Virus genome (UHGV): UHGV-0120658 | Reading direction: 5' to 3' (one strand) | Source: a virus | Length of the DNA stretch: 39,443 nucleotides | In this document: in pieces, positions 16,942-25,343 of the stretch | Position numbering within the stretch: position 1 is the first letter of the stretch | Layout: each line of letters begins with the position of its first letter | Notes under the pieces: model-generated | The model's database searches: none | What the model saw: the letters and a program-made list of their open reading frames with translations, nothing else | Told to the model about the DNA's origin: nothing | Position numbers and translations under genes: made by a program

Positions 16942-18000
16942 ATGAAGAAGAATACCCGCTTTGCTTTTAACGCTTACCTGCAGCAACTGGCACGTCTGAA
17001 CGGTGTGGCAGTTGAAGAACTGTCCAGCAAGTTCACTGTAGAGCCGTCTGTGCAGCAGACGCTGGAAGACCAGATCCAGCAGTCCGCCGCTTTCCTGACG
17101 CTGATTAACGTCACGCCAGTGCCTGAGCAGTCCGGTCAGCTGCTGGGGCTGGGTGTTGGCAGCACCATTGCCGGAACCACTGACACCACCGCGAAAGAGC
17201 GTGAACCTGTCGATCCGACGCTGATGGTCGATGTGGAATACAAATGCGAACAGACCAACTTTGACACGGTGCTGACCTACGCGAAGCTGGACCTGTGGGC
17301 GAAGTTTCAGGATTTCCAGGTGCGTATCCGTAACGCCATCGTGAAACGTCAGGCACTGGACCGCATCATGATTGGCTTTAACGGCGTGAAGCGTGCGAAA
17401 ACCTCTAACCGTAGCGAAAACCCGCTGCTGCAGGATGTGAACAAAGGCTGGCTGCAGAAAATCCGTGAGGATGCACCGGATCACGTCATGGGCAGCACCA
17501 CCACGGGCGGTGAAACCACACCGGGTGCGGTGAAAGTCGGGAAAGGTGGCGAATATGCCAACCTGGACGCCGTGGTGATGGATGCCGTCAATGAGCTTAT
17601 CGACGTGGTCTACCAGGACGATGACGATCTGGTGGTGATTTGCGGTCGTGAACTGCTGTCTGACAAGTATTTCCCGCTGGTCAACAAAGAGCAGGAAAAC
17701 AGTGAAAAACTGGCTGCCGATATGATCATCAGTCAGAAACGCATGGGTGGCCTTCAGGCCGTGCGTGCGCCGTTCTTCCCGCCGAATGCGCTGCTGATCA
17801 CCCGTCTGGATAACCTGTCCATCTACTGGCAGGAAGACACCCGCCGCCGTTCAGTTATCGACAACCCGAAACGTGACCGGATTGAAAACTTTGAATCCGT
17901 TAACGAAGCCTATGTGGTTGAGGACTACCGCTGCGCCGCACTGGTGGAAAACATCCAGATTGGTGATTTCAGCGCCGCCGCAGCCGAAACCGGAGCGTAA
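16942..18000 (+). CDS. N: Major capsid protein (P2 gpN-like)
   Basis: 352 aa; position and size match P2 N. Confidence 0.85.
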   Translation: MKKNTRFAFNAYLQQLARLNGVAVEELSSKFTVEPSVQQTLEDQIQQSAAFLTLINVTPVPEQSGQLLGLGVGSTIAGTTDTTAKEREPVDPTLMVDVEYKCEQTNFDTVLTYAKLDLWAKFQDFQVRIRNAIVKRQALDRIMIGFNGVKRAKTSNRSENPLLQDVNKGWLQKIREDAPDHVMGSTTTGGETTPGAVKVGKGGEYANLDAVVMDAVNELIDVVYQDDDDLVVICGRELLSDKYFPLVNKEQENSEKLAADMIISQKRMGGLQAVRAPFFPPNALLITRLDNLSIYWQEDTRRRSVIDNPKRDRIENFESVNEAYVVEDYRCAALVENIQIGDFSAAAAETGA

Positions 18001-18003
18001 TCC

Positions 18004-18654
18004 ATGAGCCTGAGTCCCGCACGGCAGCATCGCCTGCGCGTTCAGGCTGAACAGGCCGCCCGCGAGGGCGGCAGTGTTCGCCACGCATCGGGCTATGACC
18101 TGATGCTGCTGCAACTGGCGGAAGACCGCCGCCGTCTCAAGGGCGTTCAGTCCACGGTCAAAAAAGCGGAAATCAAGGTGGAGCTGCTGCCGAAGTACGC
18201 CGCCTGGGCAGAGGGTGTCCTGGCTGCCGGAGGCGCTCAACAGGATGACGTGCTGATGTACGTGATGCTGTGGCGCATTGATGCCGGAGATTATGCCGGG
18301 GCGCTGGAGATCGGGCGTCATGCCCTGCGTCATGGCTGGGTGATGCCGCTGGGTAACCGCAACGTGCAGACCGTGCTGGCAGAGGAAATGGCAGACGCCG
18401 CGCAGAGCGCAATGCTTGCCGCCACCGGCTTTGATGCCGATCTGTTGTTGCAGACGCTGGAGCTGACAGACGGTCTGGATATGCCGGACCAGTCACGGGC
18501 GCGTCTGCATAAAGCGATTGGCGCTGTCCTGAGTGAAAGCAATCCGGCTTCCGCCCTTAATCATCTCAACCATGCGTTACAGCTCGATCCCCGCTGTGGC
18601 GTGAAAAAAGACAAACAGCAGCTGGAGCGCAGACTGCGCAATGACAGCCGCTGA
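18004..18654 (+). CDS. M: Terminase small (endonuclease) subunit (P2 gpM-like)
   Basis: 216 aa following N, as in P2. Confidence 0.75.
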   Translation: MSLSPARQHRLRVQAEQAAREGGSVRHASGYDLMLLQLAEDRRRLKGVQSTVKKAEIKVELLPKYAAWAEGVLAAGGAQQDDVLMYVMLWRIDAGDYAGALEIGRHALRHGWVMPLGNRNVQTVLAEEMADAAQSAMLAATGFDADLLLQTLELTDGLDMPDQSRARLHKAIGAVLSESNPASALNHLNHALQLDPRCGVKKDKQQLERRLRNDSR

Positions 18655-18748
18655 CAGAACGTGCCCCGCGCACGGGCGGCACGGGGTGGCGAAAGGCACC
18701 GCCACATCAAAACCCCGTCCACCGCCCTCTATTTCAGGAGAAAGCAGC

Positions 18749-19213
18749 ATGAAGTTTGTTGCGCCAGAACAGGCACCGGAACAGGCGGAAATCATCAGGA
18801 ATACGCCGTTCTGGCCTGATGTGGACTTGTCGGAGTTTCGCAGTGTCATGCGCACTGACGGTACGGTGACGCAGCCGCGTTTAAAGCAGGTTGCGCTGTC
18901 GGCAATTTCGGAGGTCAACGCAGAGCTGTATGAGTTTCGCAGACGTCAGCAGATGCTGGGGTATGCGTCGCTGGCTGAGGTTCCGGCGGAACAGCTGGAC
19001 GGCAAAAGTGAGCGCATTCAGCATTATTTCAACGCGGTTTACTGCTGGGCACGCGCCATGCTCAACGAACGTTACCAGGACTATGACGCCACGGCGTCCG
19101 GTGTGAAGCGGGGCGAGGAACTGGCGGAAGCAAGCGGTGATTTGTGGCGTGACGCCCGCAGGGCCATCAGCCGGGTGCAGGATGCGCCGCACTGCACAGT
19201 GGAGCTTATCTGA
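18749..19213 (+). CDS. L: Head completion protein (P2 gpL-like)
   Basis: ATG at 18749 with CAGGAG RBS; NTPFWPDVDL...AELYEFRRRQ resembles P2 L. Confidence 0.75.
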   Translation: MKFVAPEQAPEQAEIIRNTPFWPDVDLSEFRSVMRTDGTVTQPRLKQVALSAISEVNAELYEFRRRQQMLGYASLAEVPAEQLDGKSERIQHYFNAVYCWARAMLNERYQDYDATASGVKRGEELAEASGDLWRDARRAISRVQDAPHCTVELI

Positions 19214-19416
19214 TGAAAGTGCGTGCGCATCAGTATGACACGGTGGACGCGCTTTGCTGGCGTCATTACGGGCGCACGCAGGGTGTCACGGAGCAGGTAC
19301 TGAAGGCAAATCCGGGGCTTGCCGAATACGGCCCCTTTTTACCTCACGGGCTGCAGGTGGAGCTGCCGGACATTCCGACCACCACCACCGTGCAGACCGT
19401 CCAGCTATGGGACTGA
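19213..19416 (+). CDS. X: Tail protein X (P2 gpX-like)
   Basis: 67 aa MKVRAHQYDTVDALCWRHYGRTQGV...LPHGLQVELPDI, very similar to P2 X. Confidence 0.85.
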   Translation: MKVRAHQYDTVDALCWRHYGRTQGVTEQVLKANPGLAEYGPFLPHGLQVELPDIPTTTTVQTVQLWD

Positions 19417-19419
19417 ATT

Positions 19420-19635
19420 ATGACGCTTGAGCGAATCAGTGCCTTTATCACGTATTGCATCGCCGTCGTGCTGGCCTGGCTGGGCGATTTGTCCATCAAG
19501 GATGCCTCAACGCTGGGCGGCCTGATGATTGGTGTGCTGATGCTGGCTATCAACTGGTACTACAAACATAAAGCCTACCAGCTTCTGCGCGACGGGCAGA
19601 TCTCGCGGGAGGACTATGAATCCATCAATCGTTAA
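19420..19635 (+). CDS. Holin (small two-TM, pinholin-like)
   Basis: 71 aa with two hydrophobic helices and a charged C-terminus, immediately upstream of the endolysin. Confidence 0.65.
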   Translation: MTLERISAFITYCIAVVLAWLGDLSIKDASTLGGLMIGVLMLAINWYYKHKAYQLLRDGQISREDYESINR

Positions 19636-20131
19636 ACGCTGCCTTGTCGGGGCCGTGCTGGCTATTGCAGCTACGTTGCCGGGTTTTCAGCAGCTTCACA
19701 CCTCCGTGGAGGGGCTGAAACTAATTGCCGATTACGAAGGCTGCCGTCTGCAGCCGTATCAGTGCAGTGCAGGTGTCTGGACCGACGGCATTGGTAATAC
19801 ATCGGGCGTCATTCCCGGCAAAACAATCACGGAACGACAGGCAGCAGAAGGGCTGATTTCCAACGTGCTGCGTGTGGAGCGGGCGCTGGAAAGGTGTGTG
19901 AAGCAACAGCCGCCGCAGAAGGTATATGACGCTACGGTGTCGTTTGCCTTCAACGTGGGAACGGGCAATGCCTGCAGTTCCACACTGGTGAAATTACTCA
20001 ATCAGCGGCGCTGGGCAGAAGCGTGCCGACAGTTGCCGCGCTGGGTTTATGTGAAAGGTGTGTTTAATCAGGGGCTGGATAACCGCCGTGCGCGGGAGAT
20101 GGCCTGGTGCCTTAAAGGAGCTGGACTATGA
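19616..20131 (+). CDS. Endolysin, T4-lysozyme-type muramidase with an N-terminal SAR-like segment
   Basis: N-terminal Gly/Ala-rich weakly hydrophobic stretch KRCLVGAVLAIAATLPGF followed by the lysozyme motif EGLKLIADYEGCRLQPYQCSAGVWTDGIGNT. Confidence 0.8.
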   Translation: MNPSIVKRCLVGAVLAIAATLPGFQQLHTSVEGLKLIADYEGCRLQPYQCSAGVWTDGIGNTSGVIPGKTITERQAAEGLISNVLRVERALERCVKQQPPQKVYDATVSFAFNVGTGNACSSTLVKLLNQRRWAEACRQLPRWVYVKGVFNQGLDNRRAREMAWCLKGAGL

Positions 20132-20556
20132 CGCGTGCGCTGGCGGTAGTGGCGGCGCTGGCACTCGTTGCGCTGGGCTGGCAGTCGTGGCGGCTTAACA
20201 GCGCCAGCCACACCATCGAAACGCAGCGCGCGGCGCTGAAAAGTAAAGCGCACGAACTAACGAAGAAAAATAGCCAGCTGATCAGTCTGTCCATTCTGGC
20301 TGAAACCAATAACCGGGAGCAGGCGCGGCTCTATGCCGAAGCAGAACAGACCAGCGCGCTGCTGAGACAACGACAACACCGGATCGAGGAACTGAAACGT
20401 GAGAACGAGGATTTACGCCGCTGGGCTGATACTCCTTTGCCTGCTGACATTATCCGGCTGCGAAAACGTCCGGTATTCACCGGAGGTGCAGCTTACCGTC
20501 AGTGGTTGTCCGCGAGTGACGCCGTGTCGGCTGGATCAGGCAACGCCGCGCACTAA
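20128..20556 (+). CDS. i-spanin (Rz/LysB-like)
   Basis: N-terminal TM segment ALAVVAALALVALGW, then a coiled-coil periplasmic domain. Confidence 0.7.
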   Translation: MTRALAVVAALALVALGWQSWRLNSASHTIETQRAALKSKAHELTKKNSQLISLSILAETNNREQARLYAEAEQTSALLRQRQHRIEELKRENEDLRRWADTPLPADIIRLRKRPVFTGGAAYRQWLSASDAVSAGSGNAAH

Positions 20557-20689
20557 CGGTGATCTGAACGCGTTGCTGGATGAAACGGAGGCCGCCTGGG
20601 CGGTCTGTGCAGACAAAGTGGACATGATTATTGCGTGTCAGGAGCGAAACAGTGAACAAACCACAATCCCTGCGCCACGCCCTCAATAA
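20399..20689 (+). CDS. o-spanin lipoprotein (Rz1/LysC-like), overlapping the i-spanin in the +1 frame
   Basis: Signal peptide with lipobox LTLSGC; GTG start with GAGGA RBS. Begins inside the i-spanin gene and runs past its end. Confidence 0.65.
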   Translation: MRTRIYAAGLILLCLLTLSGCENVRYSPEVQLTVSGCPRVTPCRLDQATPRTNGDLNALLDETEAAWAVCADKVDMIIACQERNSEQTTIPAPRPQ

Positions 20690-21083
20690 AGCAGTGCCTT
20701 ATGTCCGCAATAACCCGGACAAACTGCATCTGTTTGTGGATAACGGTTCGCTGGTTGCCACGGGGGCCAGCTCCATGTCATGGGAGTACCGCTATACCCT
20801 GAACGTGGTGATTGAGGATTTCAGCGGCGACCAGAATCTGCTGATGGCCCCGGTTTTGCTGTGGCTGCGGGATAATCAGCCTGATGCCATCAATAACCCG
20901 GCGTTACGGGAAAAGTTATTCACCTTTGAGGTGGATATTCTGCGCAATGATGTCTGTGATATCAGCCTTAACCTGCAACTGACGGAGCGTGTGCTGGTCA
21001 GCACTGATGGCAGTGTGTCGAGTGTTGAAGCTGTAGCGGAACCCGATGAACCTGAAGAAATGTGGACGGTGAAACGTGGCTGA
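20652..21083 (+). CDS. R: Tail completion protein (P2 gpR-like)
   Basis: GTG start with AGGAG RBS; VNKPQSLRHALNKAV...FVDNGS aligns with P2 R. Confidence 0.75.
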   Translation: MNKPQSLRHALNKAVPYVRNNPDKLHLFVDNGSLVATGASSMSWEYRYTLNVVIEDFSGDQNLLMAPVLLWLRDNQPDAINNPALREKLFTFEVDILRNDVCDISLNLQLTERVLVSTDGSVSSVEAVAEPDEPEEMWTVKRG

Positions 21084-21522
21084 ATTGCAGAAGGTGGACG
21101 GCTGGTTGAGTGCCTTGCTGGCGAATCTGGAGCCAGCCGCAAGAAGCCGTATGATGCGCCAGCTGGCGCAAGAACTGCGCCGGACACAGCAGCAGAACAT
21201 CAGGATGCAGCGCAATCCAGATGGCAGTAGTTATGAGCCGCGCAGAGTAACAGCACGCAGCAAAAAGGGGCGCATCAAACGTCAGATGTTTGCAAAGCTG
21301 CGCACCAAAAAATACCTGAAAACTGCCGCCAGCGCCGATTCTGCCAGCGTGCAGTTTGAAGGTAAGGTGCAGCGCATTGCCCGCGTTCATCACTACGGCC
21401 TGCGTGATCGTGTTAGTCGTAAGGGGCCGGAGGTACGTTATGCTGAGCGGCGGCTATTGGGTTTCAACGATGAAGCTACTCTTCAAATTAAGACAATTTT
21501 ATCTAGTTACTTAATGGGGTGA
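21076..21522 (+). CDS. S: Tail completion protein (P2 gpS-like); last ~13 codons come from AT-rich inserted DNA
   Basis: 148 aa; conserved through ...GPEVRYAERRLLGFNDE, then the sequence turns AT-rich (from about 21470) and the C-terminal tail ATLQIKTILSSYLMG lies in that AT-rich DNA. Confidence 0.75.
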   Translation: MAELQKVDGWLSALLANLEPAARSRMMRQLAQELRRTQQQNIRMQRNPDGSSYEPRRVTARSKKGRIKRQMFAKLRTKKYLKTAASADSASVQFEGKVQRIARVHHYGLRDRVSRKGPEVRYAERRLLGFNDEATLQIKTILSSYLMG

Positions 21523-21614
21523 AGATTCATGCTTTTGCTAGCTTCTACAAGGTTTTATGCTTCTAAACACTGTATGTTTAATTTGACATATAACTATTTG
21601 TACAAGCGGTGAGT

Positions 21615-22838
21615 ATGAAAAAGCAAGATGAGTCCCCCAAAGCTGATAAATCAAATTTAGATAAAAGTGAGTCTGAACCACCAAAAGCGAACTCTATGGC
21701 AGATGCCATGGCCATAGCGGCAGAGGTTGCTACGACAGCAACGTCAGTTCAAACATCAACCTTTGCAATTATCGCGGATTTTCTACGTTCAGGTGGTATA
21801 GAAAAACTAACTTCAAATGCTATCAAAAATTTAGAAATAAAAGTAAAGGGCCATTCTCAAGCGACAAGAACTACGGTATTGAGGAACCTGAAGACCTCTT
21901 TCAAAGAGGAGAATTTAGTTCTTGTTTTAGGTGCTGGCATTTCTTTAGATTACAGCATACCAACATGGAGTGAATTATTAAAGCGGCTATTGGCAAGAGC
22001 TTTGGATGATAAAAATGAAAATCAGAAAATGGTATCGGTTTTGTTTAATGAGGTTTTCGGTCCGAACGCACTCATAGCAGCCAGATATCTAAAACTACAC
22101 TTTGATGGTATTAATACTCCCTTGGAAAAAGAAATTCAGCATGTTTTGTATGAATATTATCAGGAGGAAGAAAGCAGTACATTGAAAGCAATCAAGAAAT
22201 TGTGCATATCGGCAGGCAAGTCACCAGGTCTAGATTCCGTTATTACATATAACTATGATGATATTTTGGAACAGACATTAACTAGAGCTGATGTTTGTAT
22301 AAAGTATAAGGTGATTTCAAAGACGGGACAGCATGCAAAAAATGATGAACTGCCGATCTACCATGTGCATGGCTATCTCCCATTGCAGGGGAAAGTTGAA
22401 CTCGATGACACGCTAGTCCTTTCTGATGAAAGCTATCATAGGCAATACATGGATTTATACCATTGGAGCAATATGGTTCAGTTGAATAAATTCAAAGATG
22501 GAAATTGCCTGTTTGTTGGTCATTCCTTTACAGATCCAAACCTCAGAAGGTTGATGGATACAGCCAAAAAACTTAGAGGGAATGATTCTAAACCTCATTA
22601 TTTAATTAAGTGTAGACATTCGAAAGAAGATGTGATTGCTAATATTCAAAGAATTGTTAGTGACTCAAGAAATGGATTTGATAATAAACTGAATATTAAT
22701 GAGGATGCAATCGCGACCTCTCTTTTACAGACAGTGCATACTTTTGAAGAAATCGATGCTAATTCATTTGGCGTGAATGTTATTTGGATCGACTCTTACG
22801 ATGAGATTGCACCAATACTTAATGATCTAACACAATAA
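21615..22838 (+). CDS. Standalone SIR2-like (SIR2_2 family) protein; candidate NAD+-depleting defence effector
   Basis: AT-rich gene between S and V. Motifs in family order: LVLVLGAGISLDYSIPTWSELL (GAGIS at 21930-21944), ITYNYDDILE, IYHVHGYL, LVLSDESYHRQY, CLFVGHSFTDPNLRRL. About 100-aa charged N-terminal extension. The track ORF starts at GTG 21609. Confidence 0.65.
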   Translation: MKKQDESPKADKSNLDKSESEPPKANSMADAMAIAAEVATTATSVQTSTFAIIADFLRSGGIEKLTSNAIKNLEIKVKGHSQATRTTVLRNLKTSFKEENLVLVLGAGISLDYSIPTWSELLKRLLARALDDKNENQKMVSVLFNEVFGPNALIAARYLKLHFDGINTPLEKEIQHVLYEYYQEEESSTLKAIKKLCISAGKSPGLDSVITYNYDDILEQTLTRADVCIKYKVISKTGQHAKNDELPIYHVHGYLPLQGKVELDDTLVLSDESYHRQYMDLYHWSNMVQLNKFKDGNCLFVGHSFTDPNLRRLMDTAKKLRGNDSKPHYLIKCRHSKEDVIANIQRIVSDSRNGFDNKLNINEDAIATSLLQTVHTFEEIDANSFGVNVIWIDSYDEIAPILNDLTQ

Positions 22839-22849
22839 TCTCCCTAAGT

Positions 22850-22867
22850 TGTGCCAGAAATGGCACA
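22850..22867. promoter_or_regulatory. TGT-N12-ACA palindrome upstream of V (late-activator site or hairpin terminator of the SIR2-like gene)
   Basis: TGTgccagaaatggcACA; also a 7-bp stem-loop. Its centre is only 57 bp from the V start codon, so assignment is ambiguous. Confidence 0.3.
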
Positions 22868-22915
22868 GCTTTAAATCCTATCCTAATGACGGCAGCATTT
22901 GGCAATCTAATTGCC

Positions 22916-23494
22916 ATGAACGCTCAACTAACAGAAATCATGCGCCTTATCACCAATCTGATCCGCACTGGTGTAGTCACCGAAGTGGACCGGGAAAACT
23001 GGCTTTGTCGGGTGAAAACGGGCGACCTTGAAACCAACTGGATTAACTGGCTGACACTGCGCGCGGGCAAATCGCGCACCTGGTGGAAACCGTCTGTGGG
23101 TGAGCAGGTTGTGCTGTTCAGCCTTGGCGGCAATCTGGAAACCGCGTTTGCCCTGCCTGCGGTCTACTCAAACCAGTTTCCGCCACCTTCAGATTCTGAG
23201 AACGGTAACGTGACGGAATACCCGGACGGTGGCTGGTTTGAATACGAACCCGCCACCGGGCGCTGGTATGTCAGGGGCATCAAATCAATGGTCATTGAGG
23301 CCGCTGACAACATCACCATGAAAGCCAGTGAGTTTGTACTGGAGGCTGACCGCACGCGCATTAACAGCGAAGTGGTGATCAATGGTGGCGTTACCCAGGG
23401 CGGCGGAGCGATGAGTTCTAACGGGATCGTGGTTGATGCGCATCAGCATACTGGCGTCCTGAAAGGCGGCGATACAACCGGAGGCCCGGTATGA
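22916..23494 (+). CDS. V: Baseplate spike/assembly protein (P2 gpV-like)
   Basis: MNAQLTEIMRLITNLIRTGVVTEVD aligns with the remembered P2 V N-terminus; the track ORF from 22886 is an upstream extension. Confidence 0.85.
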   Translation: MNAQLTEIMRLITNLIRTGVVTEVDRENWLCRVKTGDLETNWINWLTLRAGKSRTWWKPSVGEQVVLFSLGGNLETAFALPAVYSNQFPPPSDSENGNVTEYPDGGWFEYEPATGRWYVRGIKSMVIEAADNITMKASEFVLEADRTRINSEVVINGGVTQGGGAMSSNGIVVDAHQHTGVLKGGDTTGGPV

Positions 23495-23850
23495 CGCTTT
23501 ATAGCGGGATGAACAATACCAGCGGCAAAGTCATTACTGATATTGACCATCTGAGCCAGTCGGTACGGGACATTCTGCTGACACCGCAGGGTAGCCGTAT
23601 TGCCCGTCGTGAATATGGTTCCCTGCTGTCGGCACTGATAGACCAGCCACAAAATCCAGCATTACGCCTGCAGGTCATGTCGGCAGTGTATGTAGCGCTG
23701 AGTCGCTGGGAGCCACGGCTGACGCTGGACTCCATCACCATTAACAGCAATTTTGACGGTTCAATGGTGGTGGGGCTGACCGGGCGGCGTAATAACGGTG
23801 TGCCTGTTTCCCTTTCCGTATCAACAGGAGCAGAGAATGGCAGTGATTGA
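23491..23850 (+). CDS. W: Baseplate wedge protein (P2 gpW-like)
   Basis: 119 aa; ATGA overlap with V. Confidence 0.8.
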   Translation: MTLYSGMNNTSGKVITDIDHLSQSVRDILLTPQGSRIARREYGSLLSALIDQPQNPALRLQVMSAVYVALSRWEPRLTLDSITINSNFDGSMVVGLTGRRNNGVPVSLSVSTGAENGSD

Positions 23851-24745
23851 CCTTTCGCAGTTGCCTGCGCCGCAGATTGTGGATGTGCCGGACTTTGAGA
23901 CGCTGCTTGCCGAACGCAAGGCAGAATTTGTGGCGCTTCATCCGAAAGATGAGCAGGAAGCAGTGATGCGTACGCTGGAACTGGAATCTGAACCCGTCAC
24001 CAAATTGCTGCAGGAGAACGCTTACCGTGAGTTGCTTCTGCGCCAGCGCATTAACGAAGCCGCGCAGGCTGTGATGGTGGCTTACGCGATGGGCGGCGAT
24101 CTTGACCATCTCGCTGCTAACTACAACGTGAAACGCCTGACGGTGACACCTGCTGATGATGACGCTGTACCGCCCGTTGCGGCTGTGATGGAAAGTGATG
24201 AAGCGTTACGCCTGCGTGTGCCTGCAGCCTTTGAAGGGCTTTCTGTTGCTGGGCCAACTGCCGCTTATGAGTTTCATGCACGAAGCGCCGACGGTCGGGT
24301 GGCGGATGCCAGTGCAACCAGTCCGGCACCTGCAGAGGTGGTGCTTACGGTCCTAAGCCGTGAAGGCGACGGAACAGCAGAAAAAGACCTGCTGGATGTG
24401 GTGGAGAAAGCCCTGAACAGTGAGAACGTCCGCCCGGTGGCTGACCGTCTGACGGTTCGCAGCGCGGAAATCATCCCGTACCGCGTGGAAGCCACCATTT
24501 TTCTCTATCCGGGGCCGGAAGCAGAGCCGGTAATGGCAGCGGCAAAAGCCAGCCTGCAGAGGTACATCGCCAGTCAGACGCGGCTTGGTCGGGATATTCG
24601 CCGTAGCGCCATTTTTGCCGCGCTGCATGTTGAGGGTGTTCAGCGTGTGGAACTAGCTTCCCCGCTGGCGGATGTGGTCATGAACAAAACGCAGGCGGCA
24701 TCATGTACGCAGTGGAGCGTGACCAACGGGGGTACGGATGAATAG
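23837..24745 (+). CDS. J: Baseplate assembly protein J (P2 gpJ-like)
   Basis: ATG at 23837 gives 302 aa, the P2 J length; overlaps the W stop. Confidence 0.8.
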   Translation: MAVIDLSQLPAPQIVDVPDFETLLAERKAEFVALHPKDEQEAVMRTLELESEPVTKLLQENAYRELLLRQRINEAAQAVMVAYAMGGDLDHLAANYNVKRLTVTPADDDAVPPVAAVMESDEALRLRVPAAFEGLSVAGPTAAYEFHARSADGRVADASATSPAPAEVVLTVLSREGDGTAEKDLLDVVEKALNSENVRPVADRLTVRSAEIIPYRVEATIFLYPGPEAEPVMAAAKASLQRYIASQTRLGRDIRRSAIFAALHVEGVQRVELASPLADVVMNKTQAASCTQWSVTNGGTDE

Positions 24746-25343
24746 TCTGCTGCCACCGGGTTCAACGCCACTGGAGCGCCGACTGGCGCAAACCTGCAGC
24801 GGGATTTCTGATCTGCAGGTGCCGCTGCGTGACTTGTGGAATCCGGCAACCTGTCCGGTCAGTTTCCTGCCTTATCTCGCCTGGGCGTTCTCTGTGGATC
24901 GCTGGGACGAGGGCTGGACAGAAAGCGTCAAACGTCAGGTGGTGAAGGATGCTTTTTATATTCATCAGCATAAAGGAACCACCAGTGCCGTGCGGCGGGT
25001 GGTGGAGCCGTTCGGCTTTCTGATCCGCATTATTGAGTGGTGGCAGACCGGAGAGGCACCGGGCACGTTTCGTCTGGATATCGGCGTGCAGGACCAGGGC
25101 ATCACTGAAGATACCTATCTGGAACTTGAGCGACTGATAAGCGATGCCAAACCATGTAGCCGTCACATGATCGGCATGTCCATCAACCTGCAGACCAGCG
25201 GCCCGCACTGGGTGGGAGCCGCCAGCTATCTTGGCGAAGAAATCACGATCTATCCGTATATCAACGAAACAATTATTTCCGGCGGCACCGCGCATGAAGG
25301 CGGGGCGGTCCATGTTATTGACACAATGAGAGTGAATCCATGA
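24738..25343 (+). CDS. I: Baseplate/tail protein I (P2 gpI-like)
   Basis: 201 aa between J and H. Confidence 0.75.
   Translation: MNSLLPPGSTPLERRLAQTCSGISDLQVPLRDLWNPATCPVSFLPYLAWAFSVDRWDEGWTESVKRQVVKDAFYIHQHKGTTSAVRRVVEPFGFLIRIIEWWQTGEAPGTFRLDIGVQDQGITEDTYLELERLISDAKPCSRHMIGMSINLQTSGPHWVGAASYLGEEITIYPYINETIISGGTAHEGGAVHVIDTMRVNP

Noticed and set aside
16651-17484. 277-aa minus-strand ORF spanning the O-N junction
   Set aside because: Antisense to the capsid scaffold and major capsid genes, which have clear P2 counterparts.
21572-21600. TTGACA hexamer upstream of the SIR2-like gene as its own promoter
   Set aside because: No acceptable -10 at 16-18 bp spacing (the best candidate, TACAAG, is only 12 bp away), so the promoter was not called.
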